DNA from: Squalus acanthias
Taxonomy: Eukaryota
DNA length: 64,000 bases
Direction of reading: 5' to 3'
Assembly: GCA_030390025.1 (NCBI GenBank)
Contig: CM059425.1
Location: forward strand, 169,448,001 to 169,512,000
Position numbers and translations under genes: made by a program. Below are positions 37,236 to 50,456 of the stretch, one piece after another (position 1 is the stretch's first letter; every line of letters begins with the position of its first letter). The notes under the pieces were generated by a model. That model was not told the origin of the DNA. It was given only the letters and a program-made list of their open reading frames with translations, and searched no databases.

Positions 37236-38384
37236 ATGAGGGCTGTACTGGCACTCGACCTCGCCCTCCAGCATCAATGTCAGAGGCCGTGGAGGCAGAG
37301 ACAAAGATTGGAAAATGTGGCCAGAGGGAGGAGGCTTCAACAGGAGGCCTTCCCTCCCAGGGTATTCCGGGAGCACTTCTCCGACATAAATTTAACTGAG
37401 GAGCAGTGTCTTAGAAGGCTCTGCTTCAACAAGGATGTGGTCACAGAGCTCTGCCACCTGCTGCAGCCACACCTCGTGCCTCAGATCAGGACCACCACTG
37501 CTCTCTCTGTGGCAGTCAAGGTCACTGTCGCTCTCAATTTCTACACCAGTGGATTCTTCCAGTCTGCAGCAGGAGACATATCTAACATCTCGCAGTTTGC
37601 CGTCCATCGCTGCATCCAGGAGGTCACAGATGCTCTCTTACAGAAAGAGAAGGGACTACATTTCCTTCCTCATCACCAGAGAGAAGCAGGATGAGCATGC
37701 ATGTGGCTTTGCCAGGATAGCGGGCTTCCAAATGGTGCAGGGAGCCATTGACTGCACCCACGTCGCTTTGCGGGCACCCCATAACAATCCTGAGGTATTC
37801 CGTAACTGCAAAGGCTGCCACTCACTTAATGTGCAGTTGCTGTGCGACCACAGACAGCAAATCCTCACGGTCAATGCCCACTATCCTGGCAGCAGCCACG
37901 ATGCCTTCATCCTGCTCCAGACCAGTGTTCCAGCACTCTTCCAGCCACCACATCAAGCTCGTGGCTGGCTGGTCGGAGACAAGGGCTATCCGATCTCAAC
38001 CTGACTCATGACTCCCCTCAGCAACCCCAACACTCCTACCCAGCACTCATATAATGAGAGCCATGCTGCCACCAGGAACTTCATCGAGCAGACCATCGGA
38101 GTGCTCAAACAATGGTTCCGCTGCCTTGACCGCTCGGGGGGAGCCCTCCAGTACTCGGCTGAGCGGGTGTCCCATTTTGTCGTGGTCTGCTGCACGCTCC
38201 ACAACTTGGTCATCATGAGGGCCCAGACAGTGTCACAAGACATAGCAGGATCACCTCAGGAGGAGGAAGAGGGAGAGGAGGAGGACAAGGAGGAGGAGGA
38301 GCAGCAGTGAGGGAGGAGGCAGCCACTCAATCGGCATTCTGGAGGGGCGGTCCGTGACCGCCTCATCAGACTGCAGTTCCAATA
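37236..38384 (+). pseudogene. Harbinger transposase pseudogene
   Basis: GAIDCTHV, YPGSSHDAFIL, GDKGYP, IEQTIGVLKQWFRCL; frameshift near 37640; stops at 38002 and 38308. Confidence 0.88.
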
Positions 38385-38555
38385 AGTTCTACCCCACATC
38401 CCCGGTTGCTCACCACATCCCCATCATTCCATCCATCCATTTCACTTGCCATATCACAGCGCAAAGCTGAAATGAGAGACAGCACAAAATCTGCAAAATT
38501 ACAATAATAAATTTATCAACATTCAGTGAGCACATAGATACAACAACAATATTGA

Positions 38556-40455
38556 CTAATCACCCTTGTGCAAACACTTACTTCCCATCTTTACAATCCC
38601 TTTTCCTAATCTACCGCTCCTACTTAGTCTGTCCCCAGTGGCTGCAGCAGGGCTAGTGGAAGGCTGCTGAGTGTCGGTGCCAGAGACTACAGATGGCCTT
38701 GCAGGATGCCCTCGAGCAGCTCTGAGCCTGGAAGGCCCAGCTGTACACTGCACCACTTCAGGCTGGGCGGCAGCAGTCTGGGCTGGCTGGAGGACAGGCA
38801 GCGATAAGGGCAATGGCGGAGTGGCAGTGGTGGGAGCAGGAATGCTGTCATCCTGAGAGAGGACATGCTCCTGCTCCACTGACCCACTCCAACTCACCCA
38901 GGGCAGCACCTCAGCATCCCTAGCAATCTGCTGGAGCACAGATTGCTGGCCTGCTGCGACACCGTGCGATTCCCCAGTGGACTGTGGTGGACCCAGCAAC
39001 GATGGCAGCAGTCAGAGCTTGCATTGCATCAAACTGAGACTACATGAGAGCAGTCCGAGACTTGATGGCAGCAACCATTGACTGCATTACAGCACTGAGA
39101 CGTTGCGTGGCTTCCGCCTGTGTTGTAATGGATGCTGCCACATCACCCATGACATGCGGCACGAGGTCTGGGTCCTCACGATCTCTCAGGGAGTCCACCA
39201 TCCTTTGCAGACTGCCAAGGATGGGCTCCATGGTGTGCGCAGAGCTCTGTGCAATGTTGGAGGCGGACTCCTCCACACTCCTTACCATTTCCGACAGGCT
39301 CTTGGGTACCCTTGCCATTGCACCTATCATCTCGGTGTGTATGCCCATCACCCTTCTTGTGAACGCCTCCCCATCGAGGTCCTCATCTGAGTCCTGTGCA
39401 GCAGAACTCGTGCGTGAACTCGCCCTCTGTGGAGCTGGCTCCTGAGCTATCCTTTCCCCTTGGCCTTGCTGAAACCCACTCGTCCCCGGTGCATCACCCA
39501 GTGCAGACCCCTCTATTAAACTTGCCTCTAAAGATCGCGTAGTGCCAGCATCTGAGGTGGTGCCTGTGGGTGAGAGATGCAGTGACGTGGTGCTTTGCTC
39601 CTCCTCCTCTTCTCCCGCCTCACTCTCAGTGGGAGACTCAGGGACAGGCTGGTCAGCTGGTTGCTGATTACCTGAAAGCTTAAAGGCATAAGACTCGTGT
39701 TAAGGTGAGGGCAGGGGGGCAGGAAGGGATTAAGGATGCAGACAGTATAATGAGCTGGAAAGTGGGAAAGGCTTGTGGTGTGAAGGGGAAGTGGGATGAG
39801 AGAAGGAGAGGGGATGAACATACTGTTGCTGTCCACAAGGGGGTCATCATCGCCGACGGCCATGCGCCCACCACCTGGTGCCCAATGACTCTCAGCACTC
39901 GCTCCTCCAGGTCTGTAAGCTTTTGGATTTCCGCTTCACCCCCGCCTGTTCATTCCTGCTCCCTCCTATTGTGGGCCAGCTTGGCCTGCAAGAGAAAGGA
40001 AAGTGTGTGAGTGAGTGTGCAGCTATGTGTTTGGGAGATCTGCCTGCCATAGTTGAATAGCTGTGATTGTAGGCAGGGCGTGATATGTGGATGTGAGTTT
40101 GAGTAGGTGGAGATGCGTGGTGGGTGAGTGGTGGGGGTGTGGTGGTTTGTGTAGTGTGTACAGACTGAGGTTCAGCTGCTGGTATGTAGGACTTGTTGAA
40201 GCATGTACTCCCCCTGACCACCCGAGTGAGGTCATTGATTTTTTTATGGCACTGTGTGAAGGTCCTGAGGACCACACTGCTGGCCGAGACGTCCTGGGCC
40301 ACTTCGCTCCACATTGCCCTGAAGACCTGGGGCAATGGCCTCCTACCAGTGGCCAGGAACAGAACTGCCCTCCTTCTTTCAACTGCTGTGACCAATGCCT
40401 GCAATGCCTGGTCACTGAAACGGCGAGCTCTCTCCCTGGGACTGGGATCAGCCAT
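38556..40455 (-). pseudogene. Harbinger Myb/SANT gene pseudogene (exons 40455-40213, 39985-39824, 39671-38556)
   Basis: MADPSPRERARRFSDQALQALVTAVERRR...W.EVA...KKINDLTR; same intron positions as 337-2115; first donor mutated to GGGAGT; frameshifts. Confidence 0.85.
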
Positions 40456-40829
40456 GAGGATAAGAGGAGTTGAGTTGCTTGGAGATCGCCTTCAGAGCCA
40501 GCAATGTTGAGAATGAGGTTGTGTAGAATGATTGAACCTCCCCTTTAAGAACTGGAAGGAACCAGTGTGAATGATGAGCCCCGATTGGAGTGCACCTGAA
40601 ATTGGTTATTGCTCTGCGCCCCGCTCTCTGTGTTTAGCACCCTAAGTTAGATGATTAGCGCTTGATTTAGCACTCCATTTCTTTCTTGGAGCGCTAACAG
40701 TCAATTTAGCGGAAGATCAGAAGGATCAGCGCCTGGCGCTAATTCTACAACTTTTAAAAAATTATCGCCTTAGCCCTTCAGATGATGTTAAATCTAACTA
40801 TGGCAACATTACTGATTGTCAGACTTGCA

Positions 40830-41595
40830 GGCCCAGAATTTGCGGTGAGTAATAACAGCGAACACTGTTCGTTCGCATATTATTACCCCTTTGAAACTGA
40901 CTACAACTTCAGGATTTAGTGCAGTCACATCCTAACACGAAAATCCTGAAGTTACGGTCAGTCATTCATTGCTCCAACACTGGCTGCGCTGTGGCCACAC
41001 TCCTCCCTCCATCACCCCACAGCCAGCAATCAGTGTAATCAGTGAAATCAGGGAAAACGACAAAAACTTTGGCGCTGTTAAATACCCCATTAAAAGTTAG
41101 ACCCTTTTGGATTAGGTGTAACTAGGCTTTTAACAGTGTATTGACTGCTCAACAAAGGCCTGAAAAACTCATTTTAATTTTATGAAGTGTCAAATTTAAC
41201 CATTTTAATAAAAATTAAAATTTTTAAGAAACTTAAAAAAAAGTAATAAAAAAAAAAGTTTTTCCATGTTTATTTCAGGTTTGCCTTTTCCGCATGTAAG
41301 AGCCCCAAATTTTGTTTTGCTCTCTCTAACATTTTTAAAAAGTTAGTATCAAAGGAGGTTACTCACTTCCTGGTTCGCTGTCTGTGAGAATTCTGCAATG
41401 TGATTGGCTGCTTAGACAGCTTGTTGATGTCACTGCAGCTCGCACTATGGGATCCCCGCTAAACTACGTTGATTTCAGCTGAATGTCAGAAAAGCCGAAC
41501 TTCTCGGCACAGATATCGCGAGATCTTTGTGGGAAGCTTACTTTGGGGCCAGCGGCGAACGCCTTTGCTTCGCCGCTGACCGCAAATTACGGGCA
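40830..41595. mobile_element. Harbinger-type MITE with AT-rich core; GCA TSD
   Basis: GGCCCAGAATTTGCGGT / ACCGCAAATTACGGGC; GCA at 40827-40829 and 41596-41598. Confidence 0.75.
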
Positions 41596-41627
41596 GCATT
41601 TCTCTTAATGATGCAGCAATGTATCTA

Positions 41628-41730
41628 TAATAAAAACAGAAAATGCTGGAAATACTCAGCAGGTCAGGCAGCATCTGTGGAGAGAGAAACAGAGTTAACG
41701 TTTCAGGTCGATGACCCTTCGTCAGAACTG
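41628..41730 (-). mobile_element. 103-bp Penelope pLTR mini-insert; 9-bp TSD ATGTATCTA
   Basis: TSD at 41619-41627 and 41731-41739; same pLTR as the other PLE remnants. Confidence 0.82.
41693..41729 (-). ncRNA. Minimal type I hammerhead ribozyme motif (PLE-associated), core intact
   Basis: Minus strand reads AGUU-CUGACGA-AGGGUC-AUC-GACCU-GAAA-CG-UU-AACU: stem I AGUU/AACU, stem II GGUC/GACC, palindromic ACGU at stem III. Confidence 0.75.
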
Positions 41731-41987
41731 ATGTATCTAGAATGTATCTAGAATCCTTGAAAGGAATTGGGAGGGGCGAGTCACTCTGTACCTTAGGGTG
41801 AGTAAAGTGCAGCCACGATAAAGTTTCTGATCAGGTAGAAGCCAAAGATGCAAGGGCGAACTGGAAAAAGAACCTTGTGTATATAGATAATCTTAAAAAG
41901 GACCCATAAATGCTCGGGATTATCAATGCAACAAGCATTTCACCTTACTTTTGACAAAAATAAAGTAAGAGTACTTGGTGCTGTGTT

Positions 41988-42190
41988 GGGTTGGCTCAGT
42001 TAGCAGCACTCTTGCCTTGGAGTCAGAAGACTATGGGTTCAAACTTTGCTCCAGAAGTTGCATATGTATGTTTACATAGGCTGACACTAAAGGCGGCTGC
42101 ACTGTTGGAACTGCTGTCCTTCAGAGAGGATGTTAAACCAAGGTTCAAATTTTTTGTTAAGGTGAATGTAAAAGATCCCATGGCACTATC
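41988..42190 (+). mobile_element. Decayed Deu-domain tRNA SINE
   Basis: TTGGCTCAGTTAGCAGCACTCTTGCC, GGTTCAAAC, GATGTTAAACCAAGG, GTAAAAGATCCCATGGCACTAT; related to 20974-21166. Confidence 0.6.
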
Positions 42191-42197
42191 TCATATT

Positions 42198-42992
42198 GGC
42201 AGGCTTGGGTATGGTAAGCGGGGGGCGGGGGTTTGCTGGGAGGAGGGGGGCAGAGTTTCGGACGTCCCCGCATGCTTCTTCTTCTTCTTCTTCTTCTTCT
42301 TCTTCTTCTTCTATGGAGCTTCAACTCCATAGCATGCAACTTTTTTTAACAGGGTCCCCGCCCAGAAGTCAGCCTGATTGACAGGCTTGGCTTCCAGTCA
42401 GATGCAGAGCACTCCAGAGCAAGTCGCAGCCACAGACACAGTCAAGGAGCCTGCAGCTGCTAGTGGGAGTGTGGAGGAGTCTGATCCCCGATTCCAGGGG
42501 AGGGGGTCCGATCCCCGATCGGGGGATCTCTGTATGGTTGGTGGGCTGATGGGGCGGGCGGGAGATTTCAATCCAAGCGAAGAAGGTAAGCTTGGGGGAC
42601 TGGGGTGGGAGGGGGGGTGGGTGGGGGTGGGGTGCTGGGGGGAAGCACTCCAGCTCCGCCTGGCCCACAAGCAGTTCTGCAAAGACACTTACCTTCTCCC
42701 CGAAGCTATTCTTGCCTCCTTTGAGCTGCTGGTTTTCCCGAGGCCTGGGAAACCTGGCAGGCCAGGGTTAAACCTGTAAAAAAGGCTAAATCAGAGGCTG
42801 CCAGTCTCATTAAATATTTAAACGGCCAACCTATCTCCTGGGAGCTGGCTGGCCACCGGCCCCTTGTACTACCTCCGTTAAACCCGGAGGTGGATGGGCT
42901 GGAGGCGGGTTGTGGTTGGGTTTGAGATGTAAAATTTTTTAACATCTCACCCGACCCCAACCCACCCATTTTTGGGGGTTAAAATTCGCCCC
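42198..42992. mobile_element. MITE family B relative, inverted versus 12461-13588; left end approximate
   Basis: Right end CCCACCCATTTTTGGGGGTTAAAATTCGCCCC; internal blocks shared with 12461-12800. Confidence 0.65.
42275..42312. repeat. (CTT)12 microsatellite
   Basis: Perfect CTT run. Confidence 0.95.
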
Positions 42993-45450
42993 ATAGAATC
43001 ATAGAATAGTACAGCACAGAAGGAGGCCATTTGGTCCATCATGTCTGTGCCAGCTCTTTGGTGATGGTATCCAATTAGATCCACTCCCCTGCTCTTTCCC
43101 CATAGCCCTGTAAATGTTTTTCCTTCTAGTGCTTATCCAATTTCTTTTGAAAGTTACTATTGAATCTGCTTCCACCACCCTTTCAGGCAGTGCAATCCAG
43201 ATCACAACTCGCTGTGTAAAAAAATGTTTCCTCATGTCGCCTCTGGTTCTTCTGCCAATCACCTTAAATCTATTTCCTCTGGTTACTGACCCTTCTGCCA
43301 CTGGAAACATTTTCTCCTTATTTACTCGATCAAAACTCTTTATGATTTTGAACATCTCTACTAAATCTCCTCTTAACCTTCTCTGCTCTAAGGAGAACAA
43401 CTCCAGCTTCTCTACTCTCTCCACATAACTGAAGTCCCTCATCACTGGTACCATTCTAGTAAATCTCCCCTGCACCCTCTCTAAGGCCTTGACATCGTTC
43501 CTAAAGTGTGGTGCCCAGAATTGAACACAATATTCCAGCTGAGGCTTAACCAGCGTTTTATAAACATCTAGCATAACCTCCTTGCTTTTGTACTCTATGC
43601 CTCTATTAATAAAGCCAAGGATCCCATACACTTTTTTAACAGCCTCCTCAACTTGTCCTGCCACCTCAAAGATTTGTGTATATACACCCCAGGCCTCCTG
43701 CACCCCCTTTAAAATTGTATCATTTAGTTTATATTGCCTCTCCTCATTCTTCCTCCCAAAATGTATCACTTCACACTTCTCTGCAATTAATTGCCTCTGC
43801 CATTTGTCTGCCCATTTCACCAGTCTGTCTATGTCCTCCTGAAGTCTGTTGCTATCCTCCTCATTGTTTACTACATTTCTGAGTTTTGTGTCATCTTCAA
43901 AGTTTGAAATTATGCCCTGGTCATTAATATATATCAAAAAGAGCAGTGGTCCTAATAATAACCCCTGGGGAACAACACTGTATCCAGACCGAAAAACAAC
44001 CATTCACCACTATTCTCTGTTTTCTGTCCCTTAGCCAATTTTGTATCCATGCTGCCACTGACCCTTTACTCCCATGGCCTTTAATTTTGCTAACAAGTCT
44101 CTTATGTGGTATTGTCAAACGCCTTTTGAAAGTCCATATACACATCAACTGCGCTTCCTTCATCACCATCTTCCGTTACTTCATCAAAGAACTCGATCAA
44201 GTTAGTCAAACATGATTTACCTTTAAAAAATCCGTGCTGAGTTTCATTTATTAGCCCATACGTTTCCAAATTCCAATTAATTTTGTCCCGGATAATTGTC
44301 TCTAATAGTTTCCCCACCACCAACGTTAGGCTGACTGGCCTGTAGTTGCTGGGTTTATCCCTCTATCCTTTTTTAAACAGGGGTGTAACATTTGCAATCC
44401 TCCAGTCCTCTGGCACCATACCCATATCCAAGGAGGATTGGAAGATTGTGGCCAGAGCCTCCGCAATTTCCACCCTTACTTCCCTCAGTAACCTAGGATG
44501 CATCCCATCCAGACCAGGTGACTTTTCTAATTTGAGGACTGCCAACCTTTTAAGTACCTCCTCTTTATCTATTTTTATCCTATCCAACATCGCTACTACC
44601 TCCTCCTTTACTGTTACATTAGCAGCATCCTTTTCTCTAGTGAAGACAGATGCAAAGTACTCATTTAATACCTCAGCCATGCCCTCTGCCTTTACAAGAA
44701 TATCTCCTTTTTGGACCCTTCCTTTGATTACCCTTTCACTATTTATGTGTTTATAAAAGACTTTTGGGTTCCCTTTTATGTTAGCCACTAATCTATTCTC
44801 ATATGCTCTCTTTGCCCCTCTTATTACACCTGGAGTACTGTGTGCAGTTTTGGTCTCCTTACCTAAGAAAGGATATACTTGCCATAGAGGGAGTGCAGCA
44901 AAGGTTCACCAGACTGATTCCTGTGATGGCAGGACTGTCGTATGAGGAGAGATTGGGTCAACTAGGCCTGTATTCACAAGAGTTTAGAAGAATGAGAGGG
45001 GATCTCATTGAAATGTATAAAATTCTGACTGGGCTAGACAGACTGGATGCAGGGAGGATGATTCCCCTGGCTGGGGGGTCTAGAACGAGGGGTCACAGTC
45101 TTAGGATATGGGGTAGGACAGTTAGGACTGAGATGAGGAGAAATTTCTTCACTCAGAGGGTGGTGAACCTGTGGAATTCTCTACCACAGAAGGCTGTGGA
45201 GGCCAAGTCACTGAATATATTTAAGAAGGAGATAGATAGATTTCTAGACACAAAAGGCATCAAGGGGTATGGGGAGAGAGCGGGCATATGGTATTGAGAT
45301 AGAGGATCAGCCATGATCATATTGAATGGTGGAGCAGGCTCGAAGGGCCGAATGGCCTACTCCTGCTCCTACTTTTCTATGTTTCTATTCCCTTCTTTAG
45401 ATCTTCTCTGTGCTTTCTGTATTCAGCTTGGTGCTCTACTGTGTTATGAA
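42993..45450 (-). mobile_element. CR1 LINE (RT and tail) with an opposite-strand CR1 3' end nested at 44826-45385
   Basis: [42 protein letters not shown]; the host sequence resumes after 45385, and TATT flanks the insert on both sides. Confidence 0.88.
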
Positions 45451-47192
45451 CTTTAAAGAACCTTTAAAGAACAGCAGCCAACATCTTACCCTCAACCGAA
45501 ACAGACTAACTGGTTATTGCACTTTTCAGGCTAATCTGCAGCATTTCAAACTTTTTCAGGCTGTATCTCACCCAAAAAGTCTCATAAACTCTCACACCTC
45601 ACTGGCTTTGATTTTGCTACTGATAGATCTGCAAAAAAAAATCTCTCTCCTTCCCTTCTATTTTTCTCCCTCTCTCTTTCTTCAGCCTGTTGAAAATTTG
45701 ATTTTGTCCTTGATTTCACAGTATTCAGTTCTCTTACTACTTATATCCCATTACATTTTCTTTTATCTTCTTCCTTAGTATTATTCTTAACCCTCATTAT
45801 TTCACCCATCCTCTTTTTCACTATATCATTTTCTGTTTCACAGTATTTCTCCCTTTATCACTCTTTTCTCTTTCAGTATTTATCTTTGTTGCCGCAGTTT
45901 CTTCACTCTCTGAACAGATGGTACCGAGGGTCAGTTCCCACTCCTTCCGAAGTCTGCCATTTTTTTCTGCCAGTGTCACCTTGCATATGCCAACTGACTG
46001 AAACAGTTAGAAGCAGATTTAATGAGAGACTGATCTGATCTCCGGACTAACACTGACAATGATGCTCAGCTGTAAATGAAACAGCTGAAGCATGTGATCT
46101 GCTCCCATGTCCAAATCTTTCTTTTCTCTCAAGTGCTGAATGTGCCAAGTTTCCTCCTCCCATAAATGCAGATCCTTCCCTGATTGATTATTTTCTAATG
46201 TAACGGCTACACTCGTTCAGGGCTCCTAGCAACTGTCATCTTTTGCACTGCAGATTGATTCCTATATATACACAGATTGTTTGCTTACGTTGGGGCCCTT
46301 GTATTAGGTCTTGAAATATGTGGAGTCAGTTGACCCAGAGATGATCATGAAGTATGGTTGACTCTTAATGCCCTCAGATTCACTAGGGATGGGCAATAAA
46401 TACTGCTGTGACAGTGTTGCCTGTCTCCCAAAAGAAAAAGAAAAAAAACCTAAACATTAAACTCATAAGGAAGAAGATAATTGTCAACTGACCTCATGGT
46501 CACAAAGGCCATATTCAATGTAAATGACACATTGAGACATTTTATTATAAAGATTATCAAAGAGAAAATGACCCTATTTAAGTTCTTACTGTTCACAATA
46601 TTCAATGTTATAAAATCCCACATTGCAAGATCCTAAGCTACTTTGTGATGTATTAAGGAAGCTACAACAGAAATATCACTATGAAATCACAAAGGAAATC
46701 TTATTCAACTTAGGTAGTAAACTAACGAACATACGAAACAGGAAAAGACCAGCTGGTCCATCCAGCATGTTCCATACAGTTTTGATGCCTTATGTATCAC
46801 GTCAAGATACATAAGATACTAGAGGCAAGCGACTACCCCATTAGCGCCATGTAGTTTCCTGGGAGAGGCGAAAGACCAGACCAAAAATCCAAGGGCAATT
46901 TGGGGACAAAATATCTGGAAAATTCCTCTCCAATTGCTCTGGCGATCAAAACTAGTTCAGGACACCTTGAATCTTAACTGTCCCTTTGCCAACAAAACAC
47001 TGAATTCTCACAAATTAACTCAGATAAAAACTTTCACTGTTGTGTAAGATGTGTTGAGTGCAATAATATCTCTTCAGGGGCATGTGAACTCAGATGACAA
47101 GGAAACTAAGGGCTGAATCTTGACAGGGGCAGGCTGCGTAGGTGTGGGGTTGAAGTTTTTGTCGGGAAACCCAGAGGTTCGGGTTACCCCGC

Positions 47193-48290
47193 ATGCTGTG
47201 CAGTTTTGATGATGCCACCTTCCATACCAGTGCTTCCGATATGTCTTCCTTTTTCCTCAACCGAGGATTCCCCTCCACCGTGGTTGACAGGGCCCTCGAC
47301 CATGCCTATTCCATTTCCTGCACTTCTGCCCTTCCCCTCCCTCCCAGAACCACGGTAGAGTTCCCCTTGTCCTCACTTTTCACCCCACTAGCCTCCACAT
47401 TCAATGGATCATCCTCCGTCATCTCCAGCGTGATCCCACCACTAAACACATCTTCCCCTCCCCTCCCCTTTTAGCATTCCAAAGGGACCATTCCCTCAGC
47501 GACACCCTGGTCCACTCCTCAATCACCCCCAACAACCCCTCCCCTTCACATGGCACCTTCCCGTGCAAGCTCAGCACAGGCAACACCTGCCCTTTTACCT
47601 CCTCCCTTCCCACCGGCCAGGGCCCCAAACACTCCTTCCAGGTGAAACAGCGATTTACTTGTACTTCTTTAAATTTAGTATACTGTATTCGCTGCTCACG
47701 ATGTGGTCTCCTCTACATTGTGGAGACCTCCGTTCAGTCCGCAAGCGTGACCCTGAGCTTCCAGTCGCCTGTCACTTTAATTCTCCACTCCACGCCCACC
47801 CTGACATCTCTGTCCTCGGCCTCCTACAATATCCAATGAAGCTCAAAGTAAACTTGAGGAACAGCACCTTACCTTTCGATTAGGCACTTTATATTGAGTT
47901 CAACAATTTCAGATCATAACCTCGGCCCCCATTTTTTCCAGACGGCAGCTGTTGATGATTCTGCTATTCCCATTTACACCTCTTCTCGACCCATCTTTTG
48001 TTTCTTTACTTGTCCCATTACCATCTCATTTTGCCTTGCACCATCATCCCTTTTGTCATTTAATCTTTCCTGCCTCCACCTTATCACAAACCTTCCCTTT
48101 TGTTCGTTCCTCCCCTCCCCCCACTTGCCTCTGCACTTGCTTAAAACCTGTTATATCTCTAACTTTGTCCAGTTCTGACCTGAAACGTTAACTCTGTTTC
48201 TCTCTCCACAGATGCTGCCTGACCTGCTGAGTATTTCCAGCATTTCCTGTTTTTATTTCAGATTTCCAGCATCTGCAGTATTTTGCTTTT
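47193..48290 (+). mobile_element. Penelope-like retroelement remnant: RT C-terminus, GIY-YIG endonuclease, pLTR and 3' tail
   Basis: DMSSFFLNRGFPSTVVDRAL; VKQRFTCTSLNLVYCIRCSRCGLLYI; ELPVACHFNS; hammerhead internally deleted at about 48171-48193. Confidence 0.85.
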
Positions 48291-49737
48291 GTATTTATTG
48301 TGCTGAATCAGTCTCCACTCTCCTTTCGTCACTGTTGCCATTGTGATGTGGAATTTGCATCAATTCAAACTCACATTCAAATAGTGGACATCATTCCTAA
48401 GAAAGTTGTTCCCCATTAGTGTCAAATACAGTAGGTTGTATTCTCTCATTAGCCAGAAAGTTAATGGTCCGACACACATTACGTTGAAGAAGAGTAAGTA
48501 TGTTATTTTCTCCAGCTAGTGTAGTCAGGTGTGTTAGTGGCTTCGGTTTTTCATTCTTTGAGTTGGAGAGAAAATATATTCCTTCAAATATAACCATAGT
48601 TGGAGACTCCATATCCGAGTTTACATTAAAAATTCTGTTCAAAGTGAGCTCAATATGATTTCAGCACCAGGTTGAGAGAGAGCCTTGCTTTGTGAGATAA
48701 ACATCTCTATAAGATATGGAGAGATTTAAAAACATGAGCGTGTTGTGAGCAATAGCCATGACACTTGGATGGCCCTGTGAATCTGTAGTGTAAACCCTTC
48801 ACACTGGAGTCATAGTAGTGCAAAATAACTCAACTTCCACCGACATGGATTTCATACCAGCATTACAATGGTTCAGTGTATAACAAGAGCATGATTACAT
48901 GAGCCAGAAGTGACAGCAGAGTGCACTATTGATCTTCGCCTCTTGTCTCCAGGCAACAGGAAATGCCAGTGTGGTGACGTGCTCTCGAAACACTGCCATC
49001 TGTCCTATGAATCTGCTTAGATGGATTCAAAAGGCTGTTGTCTCCCGTACCTTAAGCAGTTCTCATCTCTCATTAACCAAAGTAGGAAGTAAAATTGGAT
49101 TCCTTCTAAAGCTTGAGATAGGGGTCTCCTTAGTCAAATGTTTTACTTGATTGATTAAGCATTGTACTTTAAATGAGACGGCTGCAGAATTTCTGCCTCA
49201 ATAGGTCTTTTTAAAAAAATCAATACTTTTGAACTCTACCTGTGGCCTTCTTTCTGTACATTTTGTTCCTGCAGGCAGGTTTTTGTGCTATTATTTGCGG
49301 GAAATAATTACCTGTATAATGCACAATTAAATAATTATTCATCCTGCCTATTTCCATGCTTTCTAAAGTCAGGTACAGAGACAAATACAGAAGTGAAGTC
49401 GTAAGACAATCATAGATGTGCATATACAGTAAACTACCCGTAACTTGGGCCGGGTCAAAGGTCAGGGATCAGGTGGAATGCATAACTGCAGTTTCCAATA
49501 TTGGATCAGCTCCAAACTGCAGATCTGAGTCAAAGATGAACAATATTATTAATTTTGCTTTTTTCAATGGGGTAAGTTTTTTGCTCTCATAGGTTGAATA
49601 GTCTGTGCTTACAAATTGTTTACAGCAGAATTACCATTAAAGCATTCTACTGTTAATGATACCACCTTGGTAGATCAGTTCCTTTAAATAAATTAAGGTT
49701 AATTAGTTAAATTACAAGTTAAACTCTGACACACAAC

Positions 49738-50456
49738 AGGCTGGATTTTGCCAATGGGGAGCTTTTGGAGGCGGGACTCCCACTTGTCGGGTTTCAGTCC
49801 CGCTTCCATCAACTTCTGGCCAACCCACGCTATTTTCCCTTGATTGACCTTGTTAAGCCCGCCCAGCTCTGTGAAGCTGTCAAACACTGACATTCTCTGT
49901 AGTTTGATGAGTTCTTGAATTCAAGACTCATCAAACCTCTTTATTTAGTAGAAATTAGATGGTTGTTGCATTGGAGAATGCAACGGCCATCTGTCATCTC
50001 TGCCGCGGAGGTGCGAGACTCTCCGCATCCCCAACTCTTGAAGCCTGCAGGAAGAAACAAAGGTAAGTAAACTTTTACTATCTCTATCCACTTACCTCAC
50101 ATACTCACCTCTCCACACTTGCACCCATCACTTACCTCCACAGCGCACTTTTGGACCCCTCCGACCCCCGCAGCCCCACTGCTCGCCTCGGTGACCCAGG
50201 CGGGGTTCGGAGCCTTCGGGAAGCCCGCACTTGTGTGGACAAAATGGGGATAATCCTCTTATCTGCCTGTTAAGTGGCACTAATCCCCTTCCCGCCTCCA
50301 AGGAGACAGGACCTGGCGCGGGTCGGCTACCCGCTTCCTGGCAAGATGGCACGGAGGCGGGTTGGGGGCGGGATGGGCACCCGCCCCCAGATTCTGCCAT
50401 TTTCCTGGCAGTCCCACCTCCATACCTGCCTCCCCAGGGCTGGCAAGATTGCGCCC
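49738..50456. mobile_element. Harbinger-type MITE; AAC TSD
   Basis: AGGCTGGATTTTGCCA / TGGCAAGATTGCGCCC; AAC at 49735-49737 and 50457-50459. Confidence 0.72.

Larger units (their letters stand above)
36746..40770. mobile_element. Second two-gene Harbinger transposon, related family, defective, opposite orientation to 1-4078
   Basis: Left end GGGGGAGGAATT; TTAGCGCC arrays; convergent transposase (+) and Myb (-) pseudogenes; right TIR degenerate, so the end is approximate. Confidence 0.88.

Noticed and set aside
42157..42381. Poly-Arg, poly-Ser and poly-Phe ORFs
   Set aside because: Translations of the (CTT)n microsatellite.
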